A stretch of DNA of 64,000 nucleotides, from the NCBI GenBank assembly GCA_963797555.1, contig CAWCPV010000007.1, positions 64,001 to 128,000 of the forward strand, in the 5' to 3' direction. Both the position numbers and the translations under genes were made by a program. Origin of the DNA: an uncultured Gammaproteobacteria bacterium. GTDB lineage: Bacteria > Pseudomonadota > Gammaproteobacteria > CAWCPV01. Positions within the stretch are counted from its first letter, which is position 1, and each line of letters opens with the position of its first letter. Below the pieces are notes generated by a model that was given only the letters and a program-made list of their open reading frames with translations, searched no databases and was not told the origin of the DNA. This document shows positions 43,980 through 55,300 of this stretch, piece after piece.

Positions 43980-43995
43980 AGCATGGACCATGCCA
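43980..43995 (-). promoter_or_regulatory. Sigma54 -24/-12 promoter of pilA
   Basis: TGGCATGGTCCATGCT (GG-N10-GC) about 127 nt upstream of the ATG. Confidence 0.75.
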
Positions 43996-44440
43996 TCTCC
44001 GTCGCGCGGCGGACTGCAAGAGGGCGCGCTTTGGTCCTGCCGGAGTGGCATTTGAACTGTTCCTCGGGCCGAGGACCGTGTGCCGACGGGCGATGTTACG
44101 CGTTTCGTCCCGGTGGAGCACTCGATGTTTTGCGGCGTACCGCGACCGGACCGCACGAAGATCTCGCATCCTGAATCGGCACCCGTTCCTCGTTCTGGCG
44201 GTGCGGGGCCGGTGCCTCAGGCCCAGTCCGAGGGACTCGCCTTCGCCCGTCTCCCGCCGCCGCAGACCTTGCGCTTATCGGCAGGCGGGGCGACGACGCC
44301 TTTGGTCAAGGGCTGACGCGGTTGGGCACTTTCGTGCGCATTCTCTTCGTCGCCGCTGTTCCCGCTTATCAGCATACGGCGCCGGTATGGCCGCCTCCGC
44401 CGGGGTTGCGTATAGTGAACCGCCAGCGCGGCCTGCGACT

Positions 44441-45199
44441 ATGAAGATCCTGCTCAGCAACGATGACGGCTATCAGGCGGCGGGGCTCATCTGTCTCGCC
44501 GCGGCCCTGAGGCGATACGCCGAGGTCTCCGTGGTGGCCCCCGACCGGGACCGCAGCGGGGCGAGCAACTCGCTGACACTGGACAATCCCATCCGGGCAA
44601 CGCGCACGGACGACGGGTTCATTCGCGTCGATGGGACTCCGACCGACTGCGTGCACCTCGCCATCACCGGGCTCCTCGACGAGGAGCCGGACATGGTGAT
44701 TGCCGGGATAAACAGCGGACCCAACCTGGGTGACGACGTGCTTTACTCGGGGACGGTGGCTGCGGCCATGGAAGGGCGATTTTTGGGAGTTCCCGCCATG
44801 GCGGTCTCCCTCGCCGGGCATCCCGCACAGCACTTCGAGACGGCGGCCAGGGTAGTCGTGCTGCTCATCGAACGTCTGGTGGCGAACCCGCTGCCGGGCG
44901 ACACCATCCTGAATGTGAATGTCCCGGATGTTCCCTGGGAGGCGTTGGCGGGCTTCGAGGCGACGCGTCTCGGTCACAGGCATAAGGCGGAGCCGGTGCT
45001 GAAGACCGCCGACCCCCGCGGCCGGCCCATCTACTGGGTCGGGCCGCCGGGCGCGGAGCAGGACGCCGGCCCCGGCACTGACTTCCACGCCATCAGGCGC
45101 CAGTGTGTGTCCATTACACCCTTGCAGGTCGACCTGACGCGCTACACGGCCCTCGACAAAGTGGCCGCGTGGGTGGAGGGGCTCACGCCGCCAGCCTAG
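44441..45199 (+). CDS. surE: 5'/3'-nucleotidase SurE
   Basis: [28 protein letters not shown]. Confidence 0.97.
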   Translation: MKILLSNDDGYQAAGLICLAAALRRYAEVSVVAPDRDRSGASNSLTLDNPIRATRTDDGFIRVDGTPTDCVHLAITGLLDEEPDMVIAGINSGPNLGDDVLYSGTVAAAMEGRFLGVPAMAVSLAGHPAQHFETAARVVVLLIERLVANPLPGDTILNVNVPDVPWEALAGFEATRLGHRHKAEPVLKTADPRGRPIYWVGPPGAEQDAGPGTDFHAIRRQCVSITPLQVDLTRYTALDKVAAWVEGLTPPA

Positions 45200-45329
45200 A
45201 CCGTTCGGCGTCCCGGCGCGAGGCCGCTCTCGCAGCAGACCGCGCCAAGCGCAGACCATCTCCGTAGTCACTCATCACAACATACTGGTTGCTCAGAGAG
45301 GCCCAATTACAGGATAGGTACGTTGGGCC

Positions 45330-45690
45330 CCGTGGTGGGGCATGCTAGGCTATGGCTTCGCCCGCTGGCCTTTATACGCATTTTACCGGTGGCTGGCGCG
45401 GGCGGGCGAGCGGCCGGTTTCCGGTGCGGGACGTTCGGGGCGGTGTTCATCGCCGGCTTTTCATTCACCTTCCATAAGGCATTTACCACCGGGGCCGGCG
45501 CCGGGTCCATGCCGGCGCTGCCGTTGGTGGTGGGCTCCCCGATGGGCCGCGGGAACCGCTCGTTTCTCCTGGCCAGGTGGATGGCCCGGGGGAGGCGCAC
45601 TCCGACAGGAACCTCCGCACCGCTGCATCGACTGGATCGGGTGCACAACGGCGCTCACGGCGCTGACTGCGTCCTTAGTATCGCGGGACT
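45330..45690 (+). pseudogene. yqaA: Decayed YqaA/DedA-family membrane protein
   Basis: MLGY..., AVFIAGFSFTFHKAFTTGAG..MP.LP.VVGS..GRG.R, IDWIG; usual position before nlpD. Confidence 0.65.
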
Positions 45691-45691
45691 G

Positions 45692-46474
45692 ATGCCTGGG
45701 ATAGGTCTGCGGCTCGGCTGGTGGTTTCTCATCGGGCTGTGCGTCGCCGGCTGCGGTGGCTCGCAAGCAGTTGCCCCCGTGAGCACGCCGCGGGGTGCAG
45801 AGGGCCTGCCGCATGGGGGCTACTACGTCGTGCACAGGGGAGACACCCTTTATTCGATCGCCTGGCGTTACGACCTCAACTATTCGACCCTGGCCGCGTG
45901 GAATGGCATCGGGGATCCCGACCGAATCTATCCTGGGCAGCGGCTGCGCCTTACGCCCGGGCCGAGCAGCCGCACGGGTGAGCGGTCTCCGAGCCCGCGC
46001 CTACCGACGGTCTCCACGCCTGCCGCGGCCACCGTGTCCAAGCCGACCCCATTGTCCGTGGATGGGCGCGAGGATACCCGGATTAACAGCGCGCCGGAGA
46101 TCATCTGGACGTGGCCTGCCCGGGGCAAGGTGATCCAGACGTTCTCGGCGTCCGGGCCAGCCAAGAAAGGACTGGATATCGCCGGGATACCGGGGCAGCC
46201 GATAGACGCCGCCGCTGCAGGCAAGGTGGTCTACAGCGGCAGTGGACTGATCGGATACGGCAATCTTATTATTGTCAAACATAACGACAGCTACCTGAGC
46301 GCATACGCGCACGGTGCACGGCTGCTGGTAAAGGAAGGGGAATGGGTCAAGGCGGGACAGCCAATCTCCGAGATGGGACATACCGGGACCGACCGGGTGA
46401 TGCTGCATTTCGAGATCCGGCGCCAGGGCAAGCCCGTCGATCCACTTCTATACCTGCCAAGGCGGCCTGGATGA
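45692..46474 (+). CDS. nlpD: LysM/M23 lipoprotein NlpD
   Basis: Lipobox VAGC, LysM GDTLYSIAW, KGLDIAG, YAH, LHFEIR. Confidence 0.93.
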   Translation: MPGIGLRLGWWFLIGLCVAGCGGSQAVAPVSTPRGAEGLPHGGYYVVHRGDTLYSIAWRYDLNYSTLAAWNGIGDPDRIYPGQRLRLTPGPSSRTGERSPSPRLPTVSTPAAATVSKPTPLSVDGREDTRINSAPEIIWTWPARGKVIQTFSASGPAKKGLDIAGIPGQPIDAAAAGKVVYSGSGLIGYGNLIIVKHNDSYLSAYAHGARLLVKEGEWVKAGQPISEMGHTGTDRVMLHFEIRRQGKPVDPLLYLPRRPG

Positions 46475-46495
46475 TGTTCGGAGGAGGAGGCGGAT

Positions 46496-47467
46496 GTGAG
46501 GGAACCAGATGAGCTGGACCCCGAATTAGCGCGGTACGACGGTGAAGACGCCAATGAGCTTGCCGGCGACGGAGAGGGAGAACGTGCCGGCGAAGCTGCC
46601 GATGCGCCGCCCCCGGCGGGAGATGTCCCTGCGGACGAGTTGGACGCGACTCGCCGTTATCTCCGGGAAATCGGCTTTTCCCCGCTGCTGAGCGCCGAGG
46701 AGGAGCGGTATTACGCACGTCTGGCGCGGCAGGGCGACCAGGCCGCCAGGCGGCGCATGATAGTGAGCAACTTGCGGCTGGTGGTGAAGATCGCGAAGCG
46801 GTATTTGCGCCGCGGACTCGATCTGCTCGACCTGATCGAGGAAGGGAATCTGGGGCTGATCCATGCCGTGGAAAAGTTCGACCCGGAGCGGGGGTTTCGC
46901 TTTTCCACTTACGCTACGTGGTGGATCCGGCAGACGGTGGAACGCGCGATCATGAACCAGGGCCGCACCATCCGGCTGCCGGTCCACGTCATGAAGGAGC
47001 TGAGCCTGTACCTGCGCCGGTCACGCGAGCTGGCCCAGAGCCTGGACCACGAGCCGAGCCCAGACGAGGTGGCCCGTTTCCTGGACAAGCCTTTGCAGGA
47101 AGTCGAACGCATGCTCGGGCTGAGGGAGCCCGTGTCCTCCGTGGAGATCCCGGTGGGGCGGAACATGGAGCGATCCGTCCTCGACAGCATCGCGGATGAG
47201 CAGAACCTCGACCCGGCCGCCATGGTGCAAGACGACGATCTCCAACGTCATATCGATACCTGGCTATCGCAGATGCAGGACAAGCACAGGGAGGTCGTGG
47301 AGAGGCGCTTCGGCCTCTGTGGTCAGGAAGCGGCGACGCTGGAGGAAGTCGGCAGCGCCATTGGAGTGACCCGCGAGCGGGTGCGGCAGATCCAGGCAGA
47401 GGCGTTGAAGCGGCTCCGGCAACTGCTCGAGCGGGAAGGATTCTCCCTGGAGAATCTGCTGAAGTAG
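46496..47467 (+). CDS. rpoS: RNA polymerase sigma factor RpoS
   Basis: [35 protein letters not shown]; downstream of nlpD. Confidence 0.96.
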   Translation: MREPDELDPELARYDGEDANELAGDGEGERAGEAADAPPPAGDVPADELDATRRYLREIGFSPLLSAEEERYYARLARQGDQAARRRMIVSNLRLVVKIAKRYLRRGLDLLDLIEEGNLGLIHAVEKFDPERGFRFSTYATWWIRQTVERAIMNQGRTIRLPVHVMKELSLYLRRSRELAQSLDHEPSPDEVARFLDKPLQEVERMLGLREPVSSVEIPVGRNMERSVLDSIADEQNLDPAAMVQDDDLQRHIDTWLSQMQDKHREVVERRFGLCGQEAATLEEVGSAIGVTRERVRQIQAEALKRLRQLLEREGFSLENLLK

Positions 47468-47597
47468 GCGGCTTTGGGGCGCGTGCGCGGCTGAAGCCAG
47501 ACCGCGACAAAAGTTTCGAAACTGACGGCTCGGCCGGGCTGACCAGCACGAAGCAGCGTGCAGCGGCCGGGGCGTTCGGGCGCAGCCGCGCTCTGTC

Positions 47598-48020
47598 TCA
47601 AGCTGCGCCGATCATGAGCAGTACCGCCGCGACCTTTCGGCCGTCGGCGGTGAGTATGTTGTAGGTGCGGCAGGCTGCGCCCGTGTCCATTGCCTCGACG
47701 CCGATGCCGCGCGAAGTCAGCGGGGCGAGCAGTTCCACGCGAGGGAACTGCAGGCTCGCGCCCGACCCGAAGAGCACGATCTCGGGATCCAGGGCCGATA
47801 CCAGCTCGAAGTGGACGCGGGCGACCTCGCCGAACGCCTGGGGTGGCCAGTCCGCGACCAGGCGATGAGGGGTGACGACACAGCTTCGGGTCAGGGTCCG
47901 GGTCCGCAAGCCGCCCTCCGATCGTTTGGCCGCGTCCTCGGGCACCCTGAGGGTCACTTGGCCCGGGCCGTAGGACCGGAAGGTGTAATGCGCGGGGCTG
48001 ATGTCCTGACGTGTCTGCAT
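47598..48020 (-). CDS. Mth938-like (DUF498) protein
   Basis: PEIVLFGSG..GIGVEAMDTGAACRTYNIL..GRKVAA. Confidence 0.9.
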   Translation of the reverse strand: MQTRQDISPAHYTFRSYGPGQVTLRVPEDAAKRSEGGLRTRTLTRSCVVTPHRLVADWPPQAFGEVARVHFELVSALDPEIVLFGSGASLQFPRVELLAPLTSRGIGVEAMDTGAACRTYNILTADGRKVAAVLLMIGAA

Positions 48021-48215
48021 TCCGCCGGCCCTCCCGGACGACGTTCTCATTATAGCCGGGCGGGATCTTCGAACTCTCTGCCGAGAGCCTGTGAATAACG
48101 CGGCTGCGCGTCCCGACAGCGGTGCACGCCGCCGGCAACGCGCCCCGGCCGCTTCTTCCTCTGCGCCGCAGCCGCTATAATCACGAGTCACGGCTCTTCC
48201 CTCGGATCGACGGCC

Positions 48216-49424
48216 TTGCTCCAGGAATTTCCCCGCATCAAGCGGCTGCCTCCCTATGTGTTCAGCATCGTGAACGAGCTGAAAGCCAAGGCCCGTGCCG
48301 GTGGTGAGGACATCATCGACTTCGGGATGGGGAACCCGGATCAGCCTACGCCACGCCACATCGTCGAGAAGCTGGTGGAGGCGGTACGACGGGATGACAC
48401 GCATCGCTACTCGATGTCGCGGGGCATCCCCAGGCTGCGCAGGGCGATTTGCCGCTGGTATCACCGTCGTTTCGGCGTCGAGCTGGACCCCGATACCCAG
48501 GCCATCGTCACCATCGGATCGAAGGAGGGGCTCGCGCACCTCGCGCTCGCGACGGTCGGGGCGGGGGATGCGGTGCTGGTCCCGAACCCGGCCTATCCGA
48601 TCCATCCCTACGGGTTTGTCATCGCGGGAGCGGACATCCATTACGTGCCCCTGGTGCCGGGGGTGGACTTCTTCGCGGAGCTGGAGAAGGCGATCAAGGA
48701 TGCCTGGCCGCGGCCCAAGATGCTGGTGCTGAACTTCCCGGGCAACCCGACCACGCAGTGCGTCGAGTCGTCGTTCTTCGAGAAGGTCGTCGCCATCGCG
48801 CGCGAGCGCGAGATATGGGTGGTGCACGACCTTGCGTATGCGGACATCGTGTTCGACGGCTACGTCGCGCCATCCATTCTTCAGGTGCCGGGCGCGAGCG
48901 AGTGCGCAGTCGAGTTCTTCACCCTGTCGAAGAGCTACAACATGCCCGGGTGGCGGGTGGGGTTCATGTGCGGCAACGCCACGCTGGTAGCCGCTCTCGC
49001 CCGCATGAAGTCCTACCTGGACTACGGCATGTTCACGCCCATCCAGGTGGCTGCCATCGCCGCCCTGGAGGGGCCGCAGGAATGCGTGCGGGAGATCGTC
49101 GAGACCTACGGCAGGCGTCGAGACGTGCTGTGCAACGGGCTCAATGCGCTCGGCTGGAAGGTGGAGAAGCCCAAAGCCACCATGTTCGTGTGGGCGCCCA
49201 TTCCTCCGCAGTATCGCGCCGCGGGCTCGCTGGAGTTCTCCAAACGCTTGCTGGAGCAGGCGAAGGTGGCCGTGTCTCCAGGCATTGGCTTCGGGGAGTA
49301 CGGTGACGACCATGTGCGCTTCTCTCTCATAGAGAATGAGCACCGGACACGACAGGCCCTGCGCGGCATCCGAGATATGCTGCGCAGCGACCAACGCGTA
49401 ATGTTGCGGGAGGTGGGGCCCTGA
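48216..49424 (+). CDS. alaC: Alanine transaminase
   Basis: [32 protein letters not shown]. Confidence 0.95.
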   Translation: MLQEFPRIKRLPPYVFSIVNELKAKARAGGEDIIDFGMGNPDQPTPRHIVEKLVEAVRRDDTHRYSMSRGIPRLRRAICRWYHRRFGVELDPDTQAIVTIGSKEGLAHLALATVGAGDAVLVPNPAYPIHPYGFVIAGADIHYVPLVPGVDFFAELEKAIKDAWPRPKMLVLNFPGNPTTQCVESSFFEKVVAIAREREIWVVHDLAYADIVFDGYVAPSILQVPGASECAVEFFTLSKSYNMPGWRVGFMCGNATLVAALARMKSYLDYGMFTPIQVAAIAALEGPQECVREIVETYGRRRDVLCNGLNALGWKVEKPKATMFVWAPIPPQYRAAGSLEFSKRLLEQAKVAVSPGIGFGEYGDDHVRFSLIENEHRTRQALRGIRDMLRSDQRVMLREVGP

Positions 49425-49489
49425 CGCGGCCCCTGAAGACCCATCGCTCCCCGCGCGAGCGGGACAGCGGCGCGATTGGCCCGGCTGCG

Positions 49490-50788
49490 GTGTACGTCGG
49501 GCTGCTCGGGCTCGGCACGGTAGGCTGCGGGACCGTCCAGGTGCTGCAGCGCAATGCCGGGGAGATCGCGCGCCGGGCGGGCCGGGCCATCGTCGTGCGG
49601 CGGGCGGCGGTGCGAGCCTTCAACAAGCCGCGCCCCTGCGCCACCGAAGCGGTGCGTCTGACGACCGATGCGACCGCAGTGGTAGATGACCCCGAGTTGC
49701 CCGTTGTGGTGGAACTGATGGGCGGAATCGAGCCTGCCCGGGAGTTGGTGTTGCGCGCCATCGCCAACGGCAAGCATGTGGTGACCGCCAACAAGGCGCT
49801 GATCGCCTTGCACGGCAACGAGCTGTTCGATGCCGCCCAGGCGACCGGGGTGATGGTGGCCTTCGAGGCGGCCGTGGCCGGCGGTATCCCCATCATCAAG
49901 ACATTGCGCGAGGGCTTGGCAGGCAACCGAATCGAATGGCTGGCCGGGATCATCAACGGCACCAGCAACTTCATCCTGAGCGAGATGACACACCAGGGCC
50001 GGGACTTCGCCGAGGCGTTGGCGGAGGCCCAGCGGCTCGGCTGTGCAGAGGCGGACCCCACCCTCGACGTGGAAGGGGTGGATGCGGCGCACAAGCTCAC
50101 CATCCTGGCGTCCATTGCGTTCGGCATTCCCTTGCAGTACGAGAGAGTCTATCGCGAGGGCATCGGGGAGATCCGCCGCGACGACGTGGACTACGCCCGA
50201 CAGCTCGGCTACCGCATCAAGCCCTTGGGCATCGCGCGCCGCTCTCCCGGCGGGATCGAGCTGCGCGTGCATCCCACCTTGATCACCGACCGGCGTCCCC
50301 TGGCCAACGTCGAAGGGGTGATGAATGCCGTCGTCGTTTGCGGGGACGCGGTCGGGCCGACGCTGTATTCCGGCCCTGGGGCCGGGGCGGAGCCGACTGC
50401 TTCCGCCGTGGTGGCGGACCTCGTGGACGTGGTGCGCATGCTCGCCTCCGACCCCGAGAACCGCGTGCCACACCTGGCGTTTCAGCCCGATGCCTTGCAG
50501 GACCTGCCTATCCTGGCCATGGACGAGATCCAGTCGGCCTATTACCTGCGCATGCAGGCGGTGGACCGCCCGGGCGTGCTGGCAGACGTGACTCGCATCC
50601 TCGGCGACCGCGGGATCAGCATCGAGGCGATCCTCCAGAAGGAACCTCAGCCCGGCCAGGAGCATGTTCCAGTCATCATGCTCACCCATCCGGTGGCGGA
50701 GCGGGAGATGACCGACGCCATCGTGCGCATCGAGGGCCTGGAGGCCATCGAAGGCGCGGTCACCCGCATCCGCTTGGAGCACCTGTAG
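49490..50788 (+). CDS. hom: Homoserine dehydrogenase with ACT domain
   Basis: GLGTVG, VTANKA, FEAAVAGGIP, EADPTLDVEG.DAAHK. Confidence 0.95.
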   Translation: MYVGLLGLGTVGCGTVQVLQRNAGEIARRAGRAIVVRRAAVRAFNKPRPCATEAVRLTTDATAVVDDPELPVVVELMGGIEPARELVLRAIANGKHVVTANKALIALHGNELFDAAQATGVMVAFEAAVAGGIPIIKTLREGLAGNRIEWLAGIINGTSNFILSEMTHQGRDFAEALAEAQRLGCAEADPTLDVEGVDAAHKLTILASIAFGIPLQYERVYREGIGEIRRDDVDYARQLGYRIKPLGIARRSPGGIELRVHPTLITDRRPLANVEGVMNAVVVCGDAVGPTLYSGPGAGAEPTASAVVADLVDVVRMLASDPENRVPHLAFQPDALQDLPILAMDEIQSAYYLRMQAVDRPGVLADVTRILGDRGISIEAILQKEPQPGQEHVPVIMLTHPVAEREMTDAIVRIEGLEAIEGAVTRIRLEHL

Positions 50789-51009
50789 CGGGGCGCGCGC
50801 CGAGTGCCGGTGGCCGCGATACGGGGCAGCTCCGCTAGGTAATTTTCTTGTCCAAGTCGGAACAGCCAGAGAATGGCGCGGTTCTGCGGAGGTCGTGGCG
50901 GAGCTGCGTTTGGACTACACCGGAGTGGTCATCGTGATCTCCGTCGAACCCAAACGGTTTCGCCCGGCAGGTGCTCGGTGAAAGAGTAAAGAGTAAGAGG
51001 ATTGAGTCG

Positions 51010-52149
51010 ATGCCATTTCGCTCGCGTTACACCGGGCTGATCGAGACCTACCGGGACCGCCTGCCGGTCCATGACGACATGCGGGTGATCAGCCTGGGGG
51101 AGGGAAATACGCCGCTCATCCGCCTGAACCACTTGCCCCGGCTGCTGGGCAAGGACGTCGATATCTACGTGAAGTATGAGGGTCTGAACCCCACAAGCTC
51201 CTTCAAGGATCGTGGAATGACCATGGCCGTCACCCGGGCGGTGGAGGAGGGGGCCCAGGCGATCATCTGCGCCTCCACCGGCAACACCTCGGCGTCGGCC
51301 GCGGCCTATGCGGCACGCGCCGGGATCCGCTGCTTCGTGCTCATTCCCGAGGGGAAGATTGCGCTGGGCAAGCTGGCTCAGGCCATGATGCACGGGGCGG
51401 CGGTCATCCAGATCCGGGGCAACTTCGACGACGGGATGCGCCTCGTGAAGGAGGTGGCAGAGGAGGCGCCCGTGACCATCGTCAATTCCATCAATCCTTA
51501 CCGGCTCCAGGGGCAGAAGACGGCGGCGTTCGAGATCGTGGAGGAGCTCGGGCGTGCCCCGGATTATCACTGTCTGCCCGTGGGGAACGCGGGCAACATC
51601 ACCGCGCACTGGATCGGATACTGCGAGTATTCCTCGTCCTCGGGCGAGCGTGTGACGGAGGCCTGCACGTACTGCGCCGGCCACTGCCGGTTCGCCGGCG
51701 GCGCCGTCGTCGGAAACCGTCCCCGGATGGCGGGATACCAGGCGGCGGGCAGTGCTCCTTTCGTCCTTGGGCATCCCGTGGAACAGCCCGAAACCGTCGC
51801 GACGGCTATCCGCATCGGCCACCCCCAGTCCTGGCACCAGGCCCGGACGGTCGTGGAGGAGTCGGGCGGCTGGTTCGATTCCTGTACCGACGAGGAGATC
51901 CTGGCCGCTCAGAGGCGCTTGGCGCAGACCGAGGGTATTTTCTGCGAGCCGGCGTCGGCGGCTTCCGTAGCGGGTGCGAGCCGCGACATCGTTAGCGGGC
52001 GTATCCCGCAAGGCAGCAGTGTCGTTTGCACTCTGACCGGCCACGGTCTGAAGGACCCCGACACCGCCATCCGCCAGAGTGGGACGGCAGTGTTGACGGT
52101 CGACGCGACCCTGGACTCGGTGCGTCAGACCATTCTCGATAACCTGTAG
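51010..52149 (+). CDS. thrC: Threonine synthase
   Basis: [37 protein letters not shown]. Confidence 0.95.
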   Translation: MPFRSRYTGLIETYRDRLPVHDDMRVISLGEGNTPLIRLNHLPRLLGKDVDIYVKYEGLNPTSSFKDRGMTMAVTRAVEEGAQAIICASTGNTSASAAAYAARAGIRCFVLIPEGKIALGKLAQAMMHGAAVIQIRGNFDDGMRLVKEVAEEAPVTIVNSINPYRLQGQKTAAFEIVEELGRAPDYHCLPVGNAGNITAHWIGYCEYSSSSGERVTEACTYCAGHCRFAGGAVVGNRPRMAGYQAAGSAPFVLGHPVEQPETVATAIRIGHPQSWHQARTVVEESGGWFDSCTDEEILAAQRRLAQTEGIFCEPASAASVAGASRDIVSGRIPQGSSVVCTLTGHGLKDPDTAIRQSGTAVLTVDATLDSVRQTILDNL

Positions 52150-52316
52150 GCGGGAAGGTTGACAGGATGCGAAACAATTCCTGTCAGCAGGGAAACGAGC
52201 GGGGTGAAGGGCTCAAAAAAAACGAAGGCTGCACCACAACCAACGACTGCCCTCGCGGTGTCCGCCGTATCCCATGTGTCGCCCGTCTTGGACCATCGAG
52301 TGGCGGCACTGGACCA

Positions 52317-55300
52317 TCAGTATTCAAACTCATATATGAGCCCGACGCTACTCCCACCGGAATTGGTGGCGCCTGAGGACGAGCCGGTTCCGACGGTGCT
52401 TTCCAGCTTCAGCCCCTTGGCCAGATCGATCTGAACCGTGGCCTGGGTACCGGTCCTGCCGCTACCCCCGCTGACCGACAGGCGGCTGAGGCCGAGGCTT
52501 TTGCGTATGCTCTCCAGGGGGTTGCCGATGCCGGAAGTGACTCCGGTCAGCGAGGCTGCGGCAGCGGCGATCTGGGCCAGCTCGAGTGGGCCCAGCGAGG
52601 AAATGCCGCGGCCGAACAGCAGGTGGGCGAGCACCTCGTCCTGGGGCAGATCGGGTACGCTGCTGAGCGTGATCTTGGGCTTCTGGGCGGTGCCGCTAAC
52701 GGTGAGGGTCGCGGTGACGTTGCCGCTGGTGGCGCTGGCGACGAAATTCAGGGAGGGGTCGGTCAGGCTGCCCCCGTTGAAGCTGACCACACCCTTGCTG
52801 AAGGTCAGGGTCTGGCCCACCAGGCGGAATTCACCGCGCAGCATCTCGAAGCTGCCGTCTGGCTGCGGGTTGGCCGTGGTGCCGTGCACCCGAACCGTAC
52901 CGCCCAGCTCGGTGTCCAGCCCGCGGCCGCGCACGAAGATTTCGCGGGCAGCCTTGATGGTGAGATTCAGCGCGATCCTCGGCCCAGGCGTGGCGGGCGG
53001 GGGCGGCGGAGCACCGGGCGTGCGCACATTGAGCACGGCGATGCTGGTGGGCAGGTGCTCGGGGATGGCGATCTCCGCGCGATGGATGCGGAGGGTGCCG
53101 GCGGCCGTAAGTCGTCGTGCGGCCTCGCCGCGCAGTGTGAGGTCGGCATCCAGCTTTACGGTCAGCCGGTCGCTGGCCAGTGGCCGCGCGTTGCGGGCGG
53201 TGATGCTCAGATCGACCGGCATGCCTGGCGCCAGCACGCCGATGGTGCCGCTGGCGGTAATGGTGCCCGGGCCGGCGCGGCCCTCGAGCCGGGTGATGCG
53301 GATGGTGTCGCCGTCCACCTGGAGCAGGGCCGTGAGGTGGGTGATATGGGCGCCCTGCGCGAAGTCCTGCACCTCGCCATCGGCGACCTGGACGGTGCCG
53401 GTGACGCGCGGCGCGCTCAGGCTTCCGGCGATGTCGGCGTTCAGCGTCATCTGTCCGCGCACGCGGCGTCCGCCGGCGGCCAGAAACGGGTCGAGCATCG
53501 CCAACTTCGCCGATCCTTCGGCGTGGAGGGCGATCGGGCCGGACCGGTTGAGCGACGTTTGGCCGGTCAGTGTGAGGCGCGTCGAATCCGCGGTCAGCCG
53601 ACTGTCAATCTGTGCCGATTCGCCGCTCAGGTGGGCAGTCGCGATCAGGTCCGCGGGCGGCAGGGTGCGGCCCGGACCCACGCGCAGGCCTTTCGCCTCG
53701 ACCTTCACCGTCCCGTCCAGGCGCGCCGGGGTGCCGGTCAGCCTCGCGTCCGCCCGCAACGTGCCGTCTGCGGCGAGACCCGGGGCGAACAAGGCGGCGA
53801 GATCGGCCGGGACGTTGCGCAATGCGACGCTCAGATCGAGCGTGGGCGCCGCACGCCCCGCTACCTCCAGCACCGCCTTCCGCAAGCCTAGCCGCAGCCG
53901 GTCCAACGTGATGCCTGCGCCGAAACCGACGCGCACCGGCGAGAGCAGGCGCAGCGTCTCACCCTTCCAACTCGCCTGGAGTGCGGAGACGGCGACATTC
54001 TTGGCCGGGGCATCGAGGGTCGCGGCGCTGGTCAGCCGTGCCTCCGCGCCCGCCAGATTCTGCGCCGCGGCGGACAGACGCAGGTGGAGTGCCTCCCCAG
54101 GCCCGGCCACCTCCAGCCGCGCGGAGCCGATGATCCCGCCCGCCGAGATGGCGTCCAGCGTGAGTCGGCCGTCGGTCACGGGGTGCGTGGTGGGATCTAC
54201 GACAGTGGCGGCCAGTGTGACGTGCCCGACCGAGGCGGTTCCGTCCAGCGCGGCGTTGCGCGCATCGAGATCGAGGTGCACCTGTTGGCGGCCGTTCTGG
54301 GCCGTCATTTTCAGGGCCGCAGTGACGGAGCCGGACAGGGGCCGGCCGACCAGCCGCCGCAGGTCCTCCAGCCGGGTCAGGCGAAGATCGACTTTCCCGA
54401 CCGGAAGATCGGCGCCCTTTGGCAGTGTCAGTGCACCCTCCGCATGGGCGCTCTTCCAGTCAGCGCGGCGGATGGCGACGTGCAGAACGCTGTCCGCGCT
54501 GCGCTGCGCGGCGAGCGCGAGTTCGAGCGGCGATCCGTCCAGCACGCCCTGCGCCGTCAGCTCGCCGGAAGGCGCCCCGGGCAGGCCCCGTGCCCGGAGC
54601 TTCAATGTGATCGGGCCCCGCGGCATGCCCTTCGTCGCCACCTCGCCGTTCGCAACGGCGGTAACGGCAAGGTCGTCCTGCGGTCCGGCGATATGGCCCT
54701 GCGCGGAAAACCGTCCGGAAACCTTCGGCGTGACTGCTGCGAGATCGGACAGCGCAACTTTCCACTTCAGGTCCGCAACACGGCTGGTGACTCCGCCACT
54801 GGCCGACAGCGTCAGCGTTCTCCCGTCGAGCTGCAGGCGGGAGAGCGCGATGTCCTGGCCGTGCCGGGCGATGGAGACGGCGATCCCGAACTTGGCGGCG
54901 CCGCCGACCAGTGCCGGCAACGGCGCCGTGCCCCCGGTGACGCCGAGCTTTCCGTCCACTTCCAGCCGGGTGGTGTCGCCCCGCAGGGCCGCGCGCGCGA
55001 TCAGGGTCGTGTTGCCCTGCACGTCCACTCCGCCTGCCGCCGCGAACGGTGCCAGGTCCGGCAGAGTGAGCGCGGCCTCTCCGTGAATCTCGCCTGCGGT
55101 CTCGGCCTTCCCCTCGACATCGATCAGCGGATGCTTCACGGTAAAGGTAACAGGCCGATGCGGCGCATCCAGCCGGGCGTCGGCCTGAAGCTTCAGCGGC
55201 GCGCCCCGGAGCAGGTCCGGCTGCGGTCCGGGCGCGCGCAGGCCATCGACCTCGGCGTGCAAGCCTACCCGCCCGGTGTCGCCCTGCAACTTCGCAGCGA

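Noticed and set aside
8400-44000. Prophage or ICE as the island's vehicle
   Set aside because: No integrase, phage structural or conjugation genes and no flanking direct repeats seen.
45323-45691. Long N-terminal extension of NlpD
   Set aside because: The extension is decayed yqaA sequence in frame; the signal peptide and lipobox begin at 45692.
52438-55086. 882-aa plus-strand ORF and other long antisense ORFs (47598..49394 upstream part, 49106..50782, 5404..6426)
   Set aside because: Shadow frames of tamB, alaC, hom and groEL caused by high GC; no motifs of their own.
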